Source of the DNA: an uncultured virus (IMG/VR IMGVR_UViG_3300029319_005559)
Taxonomy: Duplodnaviria > Heunggongvirae > Uroviricota > Caudoviricetes
IMG/VR virus record: IMGVR_UViG_3300029319_005559
Strand: one strand, 5' to 3'
DNA: 20,000 bases
Part shown: piece by piece, positions 1 through 6,053 of the stretch
How the letters are laid out: every line of letters starts with the position of its first letter
Position numbering within the stretch: the stretch's first letter is position 1
The notes under the pieces: model-generated
Told to the model about the DNA's origin: nothing
What the model saw: the letters and a program-made list of their open reading frames with translations, nothing else
The model's database searches: none
Made by a program: the position numbers and the translations under genes

Positions 1-1
1 T

Positions 2-1078
2 ATCTTTTTTTGCTTCATCAGATTTCTCTTGTACACTGTCGTTTGAAACTTCAAGTAATACTTTTATTCTTTCTTTATTAACTATAGTGTTATTAACATG
101 TGATGATCTTATTTGAGACTGCTCATTATATTTCCTTATTAACTCACCACTTCTTAATACCTCTAATTCACTTTCTATTGATTTGATCTTTTCTTTTTCT
201 TCTTTAAGATTTAAATCTAATTCTTCTAATTCTTTTGTTTCTTTAGCTTGATCAGCTGTTTTTCTATCAATGTCTTCTTGTACATCTGCAAGTCTATTTG
301 TCATTTCACTCACTTCGTCTTTAGCAGCGTCTATATCAGATAATTTTTCCTCTCTATTAGTTATCTTTCCGTCTTTTTGTTCTTCATTATTATCTAATGA
401 CTCTGTTAATGACTTGTGAGCGTCTTCTAATGCAGCCATTTCAGACTCAAAGGTTGCAAGTTCTGTTTTACAGTATGCTAGTTCGTTAGCTTTAGTAGTT
501 TTATTTGCTGTTTCAGCAGCTTTTTTATCTTCTGTAGCTTGTCTTGATTTTGTTGTGTCGTCAATTTCTGCTTGTATTTTATCTTTTACCTCCTGATCTT
601 CTTCATTTGCTTTGTCAGCTTCTAGTTTTGTTATTCTTTCTGTGTATTTAGTTATATCTTGGTCTAGTTCTGCTATACTTGCAGTTAAATCTGTTACTTC
701 AGCATCTAATTTTTCTATTTCACTTTGCTTTGCCTTGATACTACTTGCTTTATCTTTCCTATCTTGCTCATTCTTCGACCTGTTTGTTTCGATGCCGTCT
801 ATAGCTTCAGTTAAAGCTTTTATTTCATCTTCAAGTGTTGCTACTTCAGCTGTAAAAGTTTCAATATCTTTTTCAGCTTTACTTTTGTCTGTTAAAATCT
901 TAGATTTTTGTTCATTATTGTCTTTTATATCAAGACCTACTTTTTCTATAAACTCTTTTTTCTCTTGTTGAGCGACTAATATAGACTCTTCTTTCTTTTT
1001 CTTTGAATCTAAATCTGTTTCTTTAGCTTTTATGTCGGCATTTATGTTTTCTAAATCCGATTTTGTGATTAATCCCAT
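2..1078 (-). CDS. Long coiled-coil protein of unknown function, 3'-truncated by the window edge (at least 359 aa)
   Basis: ATG at 1078-1076 on the minus strand. My translation MGLITKSDLENINADIKAKETDLDSKKKKEES...EIEKLDAEVTDLTASIAELDQDITKY...EVSNDSVQEKSDEAKKD stays open to the window edge. It is E/K/D/A-rich with heptad periodicity. It is absent from the ORF track because there is no stop in the window. Confidence 0.85.
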   Translation of the reverse strand, partial: MGLITKSDLENINADIKAKETDLDSKKKKEESILVAQQEKKEFIEKVGLDIKDNNEQKSKILTDKSKAEKDIETFTAEVATLEDEIKALTEAIDGIETNRSKNEQDRKDKASSIKAKQSEIEKLDAEVTDLTASIAELDQDITKYTERITKLEADKANEEDQEVKDKIQAEIDDTTKSRQATEDKKAAETANKTTKANELAYCKTELATFESEMAALEDAHKSLTESLDNNEEQKDGKITNREEKLSDIDAAKDEVSEMTNRLADVQEDIDRKTADQAKETKELEELDLNLKEEKEKIKSIESELEVLRSGELIRKYNEQSQIRSSHVNNTIVNKERIKVLLEVSNDSVQEKSDEAKKD

Positions 1079-1130
1079 GATTTTTTATGTTTTGCTAGTT
1101 TAATATTTTTTATTTGTACCTTATTTTAGT

Positions 1131-1157
1131 TTATTACAGGTAAATTACTCTTTTTAC
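1131..1157 (-). promoter_or_regulatory. Class II promoter-like motif GTAAA-N11-ACCTGTAATAA facing the leftward arm
   Basis: The minus strand reads GTAAA AAGAGTAATTT ACCTGTAATAA, with the same boxes and spacing as 11967-11993 (+). It lies about 50 bp upstream of the ATG at 1078. Confidence 0.6.
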
Positions 1158-1168
1158 CTACAAAAAGT

Positions 1169-1213
1169 GTGACAGTTGCCCCTTATTCTACTAATCTAGC
1201 TAGCTATTGTCAC
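1169..1213. repeat. Spaced inverted repeat, copy 1 (half-site consensus GTGACAWTAGS)
   Basis: GTGACAGTTGC (1169-1179) ... GCTATTGTCAC (1203-1213); 45 bp overall. Confidence 0.7.
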
Positions 1214-1355
1214 TATTTTATTAGAAATATAGGGAATTTTATCTATACCCCTATCTTGTTGATTATCAATCAGTTACAAAACGGATTTTGCTTTGCCGGG
1301 TTCCCCTACTTTTTCTTATATTTTTGCAAAATGTTTTACATTTTTTATATATATG

Positions 1356-1387
1356 CACAAACCTTTTACGATTCTGTGTAGATAATA
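1356..1387 (+). promoter_or_regulatory. Class I (early) promoter-like motif, copy 1
   Basis: CACAA ACCTTTTACG ATTCTGTGTA GATAATA; matches the 8-copy consensus with identical spacing. Confidence 0.7.
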
Positions 1388-1414
1388 ACTATAAACCTAA
1401 TAAAATAAATAACA

Positions 1415-1495
1415 ATGCTAATATTCTTTACAATACCACCAATAATAATTTCACTAGTCGTTCTTTATGATTTTATAAATGAATACACAAACTAA
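1415..1495 (+). CDS. 26-aa hydrophobic micropeptide
   Basis: MLIFFTIPPIIISLVVLYDFINEYTN*. It lies directly downstream of motif copy 1, and its stop falls inside motif copy 2. Confidence 0.45.
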   Translation: MLIFFTIPPIIISLVVLYDFINEYTN

Positions 1496-1517
1496 TTACG
1501 ACTATCAACAGATAATA
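1486..1517 (+). promoter_or_regulatory. Class I promoter-like motif, copy 2
   Basis: CACAA ACTAATTACG ACTATCAACA GATAATA. Confidence 0.8.
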
Positions 1518-1550
1518 TAAACAAATGTTAAACTAATAAATATAATAACT

Positions 1551-1793
1551 ATGAAAAATTCAACTAATAACTTAACTACTAAAAGATTTGTAATAAGAAA
1601 ATCTTTAATCGGTGAAAACAAAGTAATAACTTTCACTAACAAAAAAGACATTACATTCACTTATGATCACGATGTAATTTACTCAACATTTCAAGAAAAG
1701 TTTGAAAGTATGCCATGTTTTCAAGAGTATGGTTCTTACACAAACTCTAATACAGTACCAAAATTCTGTAGAGAATTAAGTGAAATATCTTAA
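1551..1793 (+). CDS. Hypothetical early phage protein (80 aa)
   Basis: ORF track; A-rich leader just after motif copy 2. Confidence 0.8.
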   Translation: MKNSTNNLTTKRFVIRKSLIGENKVITFTNKKDITFTYDHDVIYSTFQEKFESMPCFQEYGSYTNSNTVPKFCRELSEIS

Positions 1794-1796
1794 TTC
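1773..1796 (+). terminator. Hairpin overlapping the stop of 1551..1793 (possible terminator or stability element)
   Basis: GAATTAAG (1773-1780) / CTTAATTC (1789-1796), an 8-bp AT-rich stem without a U-tract. Confidence 0.3.
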
Positions 1797-1810
1797 ACAT
1801 GTAGTAAACT

Positions 1811-1855
1811 ATGACAATAGGTAGTTACTAACTATATCTAACTACCTAATGTCAC
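1811..1855. repeat. Spaced inverted repeat, copy 2 (extended arms)
   Basis: TGACAATAGGTAGTTA (1812-1827) / TAACTACCTAATGTCA (1839-1854), 15 of 16 positions complementary. The unit is 45 bp, as in copy 1. Confidence 0.8.
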
Positions 1856-1947
1856 ATTACACTCAGAATAGTAATTATCATTACATACTTTGAAGTAATG
1901 CATTATACCTAACAACTAATTTTAACTAACAAACTAATATACACCTT

Positions 1948-2175
1948 ATGAAAAAACTATTTTTATCAATATCAGCATTGTCACTCATGTCATTCAGTTC
2001 AGTAACTATTTACCAAAACTATTTAATAAGTGAATCAATTAATAACATTCAAGACATGAAAGAGTGGATGCAACAAGATATACTATCAGGTAATATCGAT
2101 GTGGAATTAGGCGAAAACTATGTATATTGGTTAGAGCAAACTGAAGATCAGTTGATCGAGTATGTCACAAACTAA
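1948..2175 (+). CDS. Small exported or membrane-anchored protein (75 aa), paralogue of 3671..3913
   Basis: MKK followed by a hydrophobic N-terminus; shares an I.N...M..W.QQD...G.I......NY pattern with 3671..3913. Confidence 0.8.
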   Translation: MKKLFLSISALSLMSFSSVTIYQNYLISESINNIQDMKEWMQQDILSGNIDVELGENYVYWLEQTEDQLIEYVTN

Positions 2176-2197
2176 TCACGATCACTTGTAGATAATA
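2166..2197 (+). promoter_or_regulatory. Class I promoter-like motif, copy 3
   Basis: CACAA ACTAATCACG ATCACTTGTA GATAATA. Confidence 0.8.
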
Positions 2198-2203
2198 TAA
2201 TAA

Positions 2204-2262
2204 AGTCGGTGTTGATCATCATACCTTAACGACTATAAATAATACGAGCATATGATGCCACC
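2204..2262 (+). ncRNA. Putative structured 5' leader RNA (H-type pseudoknot or two-state fold)
   Basis: The stem AGTC(2204-07)/GACT(2231-34) plus GTTGA(2211-15)/TTAAC(2226-30) closes a loop whose CATCATA (2217-2223) is complementary to downstream TATGATG (2251-2257). Confidence 0.45.
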
Positions 2263-2295
2263 AAACTAATTTATTAACTTTTAAAAATAACGCTT

Positions 2296-2490
2296 ATGTA
2301 TAATATAAATAATCCTTCAAACTGGTCGTGGTCAAAAGCATTTGCTGAAGTAAATAACACGATCAGAAAAGCTGAACTCGAACAGCAAATTATGAATCAC
2401 TTAGATAACTATTCTGGTAATCCAAAGTGGACTACATTCACTGACGATCAAAAAGACGATCACTATACAATCTTAACTGAATTACTATGA
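2296..2490 (+). CDS. Hypothetical protein (64 aa)
   Basis: ORF track; its stop overlaps the next ATG (ATGA). Confidence 0.75.
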   Translation: MYNINNPSNWSWSKAFAEVNNTIRKAELEQQIMNHLDNYSGNPKWTTFTDDQKDDHYTILTELL

Positions 2491-2666
2491 TTAACGATTT
2501 TATATACGAGTTTGAAATTACTCTGCCTGATGGTGAAGTATGCTATCAAGTGAACAATTCACCAAAGTTAACTAAAGAATTTGTTGACTTTTTAGAAGAA
2601 ATAGATATTGATATTTACCAATGTATCTATAAAGTATTTAACACTCAAAGTGAACTATATGAATGA
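2487..2666 (+). CDS. Hypothetical acidic protein (59 aa)
   Basis: My translation MINDFIYEFEITLPDGEVCYQVNNSPKLTKEFVDFLEEIDIDIYQCIYKVFNTQSELYE*; overlaps both neighbours by 4-8 nt. Confidence 0.65.
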   Translation: MINDFIYEFEITLPDGEVCYQVNNSPKLTKEFVDFLEEIDIDIYQCIYKVFNTQSELYE

Positions 2667-2829
2667 GAAAGAAGTAATAGAAAAGATCTGTGATCGTTTA
2701 GTCACAGTACTTTATAACGAGCTAGACTATTATATGTTTGAAGAATTAGGTTATACCGAAACTAATGACAAGTATGTCGAAGACGCAGACAAGTTAATAG
2801 TAAAAATAATAAAAGAATTAAACAAATGA
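2659..2829 (+). CDS. Hypothetical protein (56 aa; start moved from 2608 to ATG 2659)
   Basis: In-frame ATG (MNEKEVIEKICDRL...) overlaps the upstream stop. Confidence 0.7.
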   Translation: MNEKEVIEKICDRLVTVLYNELDYYMFEELGYTETNDKYVEDADKLIVKIIKELNK

Positions 2830-2918
2830 TATTTATAGCATTTCCAATCGCGGCTGCACTAATCGTTAGTGTGACCATACTACTTGACACAGTAGTAGAA
2901 CTATTTAATAATAAGTAA
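2826..2918 (+). CDS. 30-aa hydrophobic micropeptide
   Basis: MIFIAFPIAAALIVSVTILLDTVVELFNNK*; ATGA overlap with the upstream stop. Confidence 0.5.
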   Translation: MIFIAFPIAAALIVSVTILLDTVVELFNNK

Positions 2919-2928
2919 TAATAATAAT

Positions 2929-3078
2929 ATGACAAAAGCAATTAAACTATTTTTAACAAAAGCAGTACAATGGAAATTACTAAAGATCTATGCTACAATA
3001 ATGACAAGTGCGTTAGCAGTAGTGTGGTTAATAGCAATGGTTAACGTAGTAAAAGAAATTGTAAGAACATTCTTTTAA
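2929..3078 (+). CDS. 49-aa single-pass membrane protein
   Basis: MTKAIKLFLTKAVQWKLLKIYATIMTSALAVVWLIAMVNVVKEIVRTFF*. Confidence 0.6.
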   Translation: MTKAIKLFLTKAVQWKLLKIYATIMTSALAVVWLIAMVNVVKEIVRTFF

Positions 3079-3246
3079 ATGAAAGTAACGACTACATACC
3101 CTCACAAACAAATCAAGTTAACTCAGATAACTGAATATACTTTAGATGAAAAAGCCTTCTTCATCAACGAGTGTGAGGGTCGAGAAGTGTGGTCAACAGT
3201 AGAAGGAAAATATCAACGAGTAATAGAGATAAAAGACTATGATTAA
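3079..3246 (+). CDS. Hypothetical protein (55 aa)
   Basis: MKVTTTYPHKQIKLTQITEYTLDEKAFFINECEGREVWSTVEGKYQRVIEIKDYD*; abuts both neighbours. Confidence 0.6.
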   Translation: MKVTTTYPHKQIKLTQITEYTLDEKAFFINECEGREVWSTVEGKYQRVIEIKDYD

Positions 3247-3544
3247 AATAATTGACACTAAATTCAGTGTATACAGCGAAGTAAAACTAGTCGGTATGGC
3301 AGATATCGAACAAGATGGTGAAGACTTCAGAACTTATTTATCACTAAGATATCCACCTGATGAAGAGTATCGTAGATACAAAGGTGCGTTCTTTAGTGAT
3401 CTCGACAGTGCTATGAAGTGGTGTCGTGAACAATTAACGCAAGAAAACTTGCAACACATATATGAAAGAGAGCAAATAGCTAATCAAGCTATGGCAGAGT
3501 TTTACTCACAAGAAAATAGATCTAAATATTTATACAATGAATGA
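3239..3544 (+). CDS. Hypothetical protein (101 aa)
   Basis: ORF track; tightly packed. Confidence 0.8.
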   Translation: MIKIIDTKFSVYSEVKLVGMADIEQDGEDFRTYLSLRYPPDEEYRRYKGAFFSDLDSAMKWCREQLTQENLQHIYEREQIANQAMAEFYSQENRSKYLYNE

Positions 3545-3674
3545 AGAAGTATGGAGATCAATAGAAAAAGTTAGATGGTTGCAAACAAGAGAACTAGCTA
3601 ACAAATACCCTAATGACGCAGAGTTAGGTGCTGCAGTAAGAGATCTAATAAGAAAAACACCTGAAACGATATGA
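3537..3674 (+). CDS. Small phage protein (45 aa) with a KYPNDAELGAAVR motif
   Basis: My translation MNEEVWRSIEKVRWLQTRELANKYPNDAELGAAVRDLIRKTPETI*; overlapping start/stop on both sides. Confidence 0.65.
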   Translation: MNEEVWRSIEKVRWLQTRELANKYPNDAELGAAVRDLIRKTPETI

Positions 3675-3913
3675 AAAAGTTAATATTATTACTAGCATTA
3701 ACTAGTTGCACTACTAAAAATAAGATATATTATTCTACTAACGTAGATAAGTGTATTCACAATTTAAATGAAATGCAAAGATGGTTACAGCAAGACTATG
3801 CGAATGGTGACATACCTGAACATGTAGCTAATAACTATATGATAGTAATTATAAATACTAAATGTTCTTTATCTAAAAAGTATGGCAAGAAGACGGAAGA
3901 TTGTGTTGACTAA
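3671..3913 (+). CDS. Putative lipoprotein (80 aa), paralogue of 1948..2175
   Basis: MKKLILLLALTS-C: basic N-terminus, hydrophobic core and lipobox-like LTSC. Confidence 0.75.
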   Translation: MKKLILLLALTSCTTKNKIYYSTNVDKCIHNLNEMQRWLQQDYANGDIPEHVANNYMIVIINTKCSLSKKYGKKTEDCVD

Positions 3914-4505
3914 AAAATGGAGTGACTACATAGATCTTCATAAAAATAGAGATTTTATAATATGTGGCAGAGGTAGGTCATTACAACTTTTAAAAGACAC
4001 TAATTCTATACTTATTGGTGTAAATGACATAGAGAAATATAGATCTGTAGATTATTTAGTTGTAGTTGATAGAATAGCTCAATTTACAAGAGAAAATAGA
4101 CACGAAGAAATATTAAACACTAAATCAAACACTTTCTTTACTCAAATAGATGAGTATGCAGTCGGTTATTCTAATTTCAATTACGATAAAGTATGTAAAA
4201 TAAACATAAAGAATATTAGACAAGATCATCAAATAGATAAAAATATTTGCTACGCAAGTAATAACTCAACATTTATAGCATGTAGCATAGCAATAAATAT
4301 GGGTGCTAGAAATATAGGTATTATAGGTGTAGACATAACAGGTCACAAGAGTTTAGCAAGTGAAAACTCTTTAAAAAAGATAAATAGAGATTATAGTATA
4401 TTAAATAACTTACATAAAATATACAATTTATCACCAATAAGTAAAATAGAAGCATTAGAAAGTATTAGTATTGACGACTTTCACAAATTAAATACGAATG
4501 AGTAA
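3882..4505 (+). CDS. DUF115/MptE-like (Maf / CST-I sialyltransferase-like Rossmann-fold) transferase
   Basis: Motifs IICGRGRSL, IGVND, DYLVVVD and AINMGARNIGIIGVD. The true start may be GTG 3903 or TTG 3906. Confidence 0.65.
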   Translation: MARRRKIVLTKKWSDYIDLHKNRDFIICGRGRSLQLLKDTNSILIGVNDIEKYRSVDYLVVVDRIAQFTRENRHEEILNTKSNTFFTQIDEYAVGYSNFNYDKVCKINIKNIRQDHQIDKNICYASNNSTFIACSIAINMGARNIGIIGVDITGHKSLASENSLKKINRDYSILNNLHKIYNLSPISKIEALESISIDDFHKLNTNE

Positions 4506-4513
4506 AGATAATA
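4482..4513 (+). promoter_or_regulatory. Class I promoter-like motif, copy 4
   Basis: CACAA ATTAAATACG AATGAGTAAA GATAATA. Confidence 0.8.
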
Positions 4514-4518
4514 ATAAC

Positions 4519-4662
4519 ATGAAAACAATTAAATTTTACCCAAGCGATAGGTCACTAATAAGATTAGATGGCAAAATGATTAAAGGTTACAAGTTAAACG
4601 ATGTACCATACGAGAGAAATAGTTGGTTCAATTATAAAGGTTTAACATTTGTAATCGACTAA
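4519..4662 (+). CDS. Hypothetical protein (47 aa)
   Basis: MKTIKFYPSDRSLIRLDGKMIKGYKLNDVPYERNSWFNYKGLTFVID*; ATG 6 nt after motif copy 4. Confidence 0.65.
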   Translation: MKTIKFYPSDRSLIRLDGKMIKGYKLNDVPYERNSWFNYKGLTFVID

Positions 4663-4724
4663 TCCACGATCGCAGGCTTTTATGGCGGACGCGAGTGGAG
4701 GCTGAGTGACGGCTCAGCTTGGAT
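4662..4724 (+). ncRNA. GC-rich structured RNA (two hairpins) upstream of the tRNA-like pair
   Basis: TCCAC(4663-67)/GTGGA(4695-99) with inner TCGC/GCGA; GGCTGAGT(4700-07)-GACG-GCTCAGCT(4712-19); alternative ATCCA(4662-66)/TGGAT(4720-24) pairing. Confidence 0.5.
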
Positions 4725-4725
4725 A

Positions 4726-4800
4726 GCGAGGTTCGGTGTCATATGTAAAAGTGATGAACTGTTCTAGACATGAGAGGTTCGACTCCTCTCTCTCGCTCTA
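4726..4800 (+). ncRNA. tRNA-like element A (acceptor stem and T-arm; no canonical D or anticodon arm)
   Basis: T-arm AGAGG-TTCGACT-CCTCT (4773-4789); GCGAGG (4726-31) pairs with TCTCGC (4791-96); central GTGTC/GACAT helix; ends T-CTA. Confidence 0.65.
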
Positions 4801-4803
4801 AAT

Positions 4804-4883
4804 GGGCACGAAAGTTGGAAGGGTGCAACCGCGGCGTAAGCAAAGGTGCACAAACGGTGGTTCGATCCCACCCGTGTCCACTA
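4804..4883 (+). ncRNA. tRNA-like element B with alanine identity (G3-U70, A73) and no anticodon arm
   Basis: Acceptor GGGCACG (4804-10)/CGTGTCC (4873-79), discriminator A4880 followed by CTA; T-arm GGTGG-TTCGATC-CCACC (4856-4872); no 5-bp stem/7-nt loop anticodon arm. Confidence 0.75.
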
Positions 4884-4884
4884 A

Positions 4885-4916
4885 CACAAATTAAATACGA
4901 ATACTAATAGATAATA
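4885..4916 (+). promoter_or_regulatory. Class I promoter-like motif, copy 5
   Basis: CACAA ATTAAATACG AATACTAATA GATAATA; begins immediately after element B. Confidence 0.8.
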
Positions 4917-4921
4917 CATAC

Positions 4922-5362
4922 ATGAAATGTACACATCACATACCAAAAGCAAGACTAGCACTAGGTTATACTACCTGTGTTCAATGCTCAACAGAGCAAA
5001 AGCTTGGCTGTATCGATACTATTAACCACAAAACAGGCAATAGTATACAAGTTATGTCACGTGAAGATGCCGATCAGGCAAGTAAATTACTTCAGCGTGC
5101 AGGTTATTCTACGTTACGTGCGTTATCAGGTAAATCTGCAATGCCAAAACGTAAAATACTTCATGGTTGTAGGCTAACTGACGTAGGCAGTGACGAGCTT
5201 TATCAACAAGTCGGCAAGCAGTACATGGATTATCTTGACGTAGACAAAGACATTGCGCAGCGCTATCTCGATCGAGCGCTCAACAATTTTGAAATATCTC
5301 AGTTGCAGTACAACAAGATCAAGCAAATTTGTTACAGACTAAATACGATCACTAGTAGATAA
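4922..5362 (+). CDS. Protein with an N-terminal TraR/DksA-like zinc finger (146 aa)
   Basis: CTHHIPKARLALGYTTCVQCS resembles the IPxxRL...CxxC half of the DksA/TraR C4 finger. Confidence 0.6.
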   Translation: MKCTHHIPKARLALGYTTCVQCSTEQKLGCIDTINHKTGNSIQVMSREDADQASKLLQRAGYSTLRALSGKSAMPKRKILHGCRLTDVGSDELYQQVGKQYMDYLDVDKDIAQRYLDRALNNFEISQLQYNKIKQICYRLNTITSR

Positions 5363-5364
5363 TA
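5333..5364 (+). promoter_or_regulatory. Class I promoter-like motif, copy 6
   Basis: TACAG ACTAAATACG ATCACTAGTA GATAATA. Confidence 0.8.
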
Positions 5365-5377
5365 TATAAAAAAATAT

Positions 5378-5545
5378 ATGCAACAACATATAGAAGAAAT
5401 AGCCAAAGATATAATGGCGGGTTTGTACGGCACCCAACAACATGCCGGTACTGAGTGGCAAAAGTGGACCTTCGCTCTTTTGCAAGCACGAAAGATCTAT
5501 GACGGAGAATTACTAATCGATACTAATCACACACCAACAATATGA
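5378..5545 (+). CDS. Hypothetical protein (55 aa)
   Basis: MQQHIEEIAKDIMAGLYGTQQHAGTEWQKWTFALLQARKIYDGELLIDTNHTPTI*; directly after motif copy 6. Confidence 0.65.
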   Translation: MQQHIEEIAKDIMAGLYGTQQHAGTEWQKWTFALLQARKIYDGELLIDTNHTPTI

Positions 5546-5697
5546 GTGTTAAGCAATTAGAAATTACCAAAAAACTACAAAACTTGTACTCTTGGACACA
5601 ATTCTATCAAGAAACTGGTAATAAAGAACAAATAAGAAAGTGTCAAACTGAGATCGCCCAGTTGAAAAAGGCGTATAACGAAACTAAAAAGAAATAA
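5542..5697 (+). CDS. Hypothetical helical protein (51 aa)
   Basis: MSVKQLEITKKLQNLYSWTQFYQETGNKEQIRKCQTEIAQLKKAYNETKKK*; ATGA overlap. Confidence 0.65.
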   Translation: MSVKQLEITKKLQNLYSWTQFYQETGNKEQIRKCQTEIAQLKKAYNETKKK

Positions 5698-5698
5698 C

Positions 5699-5854
5699 AT
5701 GAGCGACAAAGAAGCATTAGATGAGATAGTATTCATGGTAAATGACTTTGTAAACAATGCAGAATATGAATTACCTTGGAACTTTATATATGATTTAATA
5801 AGGTTTATAGAACAAAATGTGATACATTGCGCTATGGATAATAACTATAAATAA
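5699..5854 (+). CDS. Hypothetical protein (51 aa)
   Basis: MSDKEALDEIVFMVNDFVNNAEYELPWNFIYDLIRFIEQNVIHCAMDNNYK*; 1-nt gaps to both neighbours. Confidence 0.6.
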   Translation: MSDKEALDEIVFMVNDFVNNAEYELPWNFIYDLIRFIEQNVIHCAMDNNYK

Positions 5855-5855
5855 T

Positions 5856-6053
5856 ATGGGAAATATGAGTTACTGCAGGTTTGAAAACACTGCAAATGAT
5901 TTAGCAGACTGTGTGTCTGCACTAATGAGAAACGAAACTGAAGATCTAAACCATTATGAATTAAACGGATTAGCAAGAATATTAGAATATGCTAATGACA
6001 TTGTAGATATGGAAGATTATATAAACGATATACTAGATGCAAATGAAGACTAG
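5856..6053 (+). CDS. Small acidic phage protein (MGNMSYCRFENT-type N-terminus)
   Basis: ORF track; the NMSYCRFENT..DL.DC motif is one I recall from other phage hypothetical proteins. Confidence 0.8.
   Translation: MGNMSYCRFENTANDLADCVSALMRNETEDLNHYELNGLARILEYANDIVDMEDYINDILDANED

Noticed and set aside
612..971. Plus-strand 119-aa ORF rich in S/F/L
   Set aside because: It is the antisense shadow of the E/K-rich coiled-coil gene on the minus strand.
1169..1470. ORFs 1169..1381 and 1288..1470
   Set aside because: They have low-complexity composition and non-ATG starts, and they overlap regulatory motifs in the divergent intergenic region.
3103..3132. CACAAACAAATCAAG...GATAACT as a class I motif
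   Set aside because: The spacing is 2 nt short, ACG is missing, and it lies inside a coding region.
4726..4883. Calling the two elements standard tRNA genes with anticodons
   Set aside because: Neither has a 5-bp stem/7-nt loop anticodon arm or the canonical U8/A14 D-arm context, so they are reported as tRNA-like ncRNAs.
5812..5843. Possible ninth class I motif (ACAAA ATGTGATACA...GATAATA)
   Set aside because: GATAATA and ATAC are in register, but the invariant ACGA and the ACA position are not. It is too degenerate to call, although it precedes ATG 5856.
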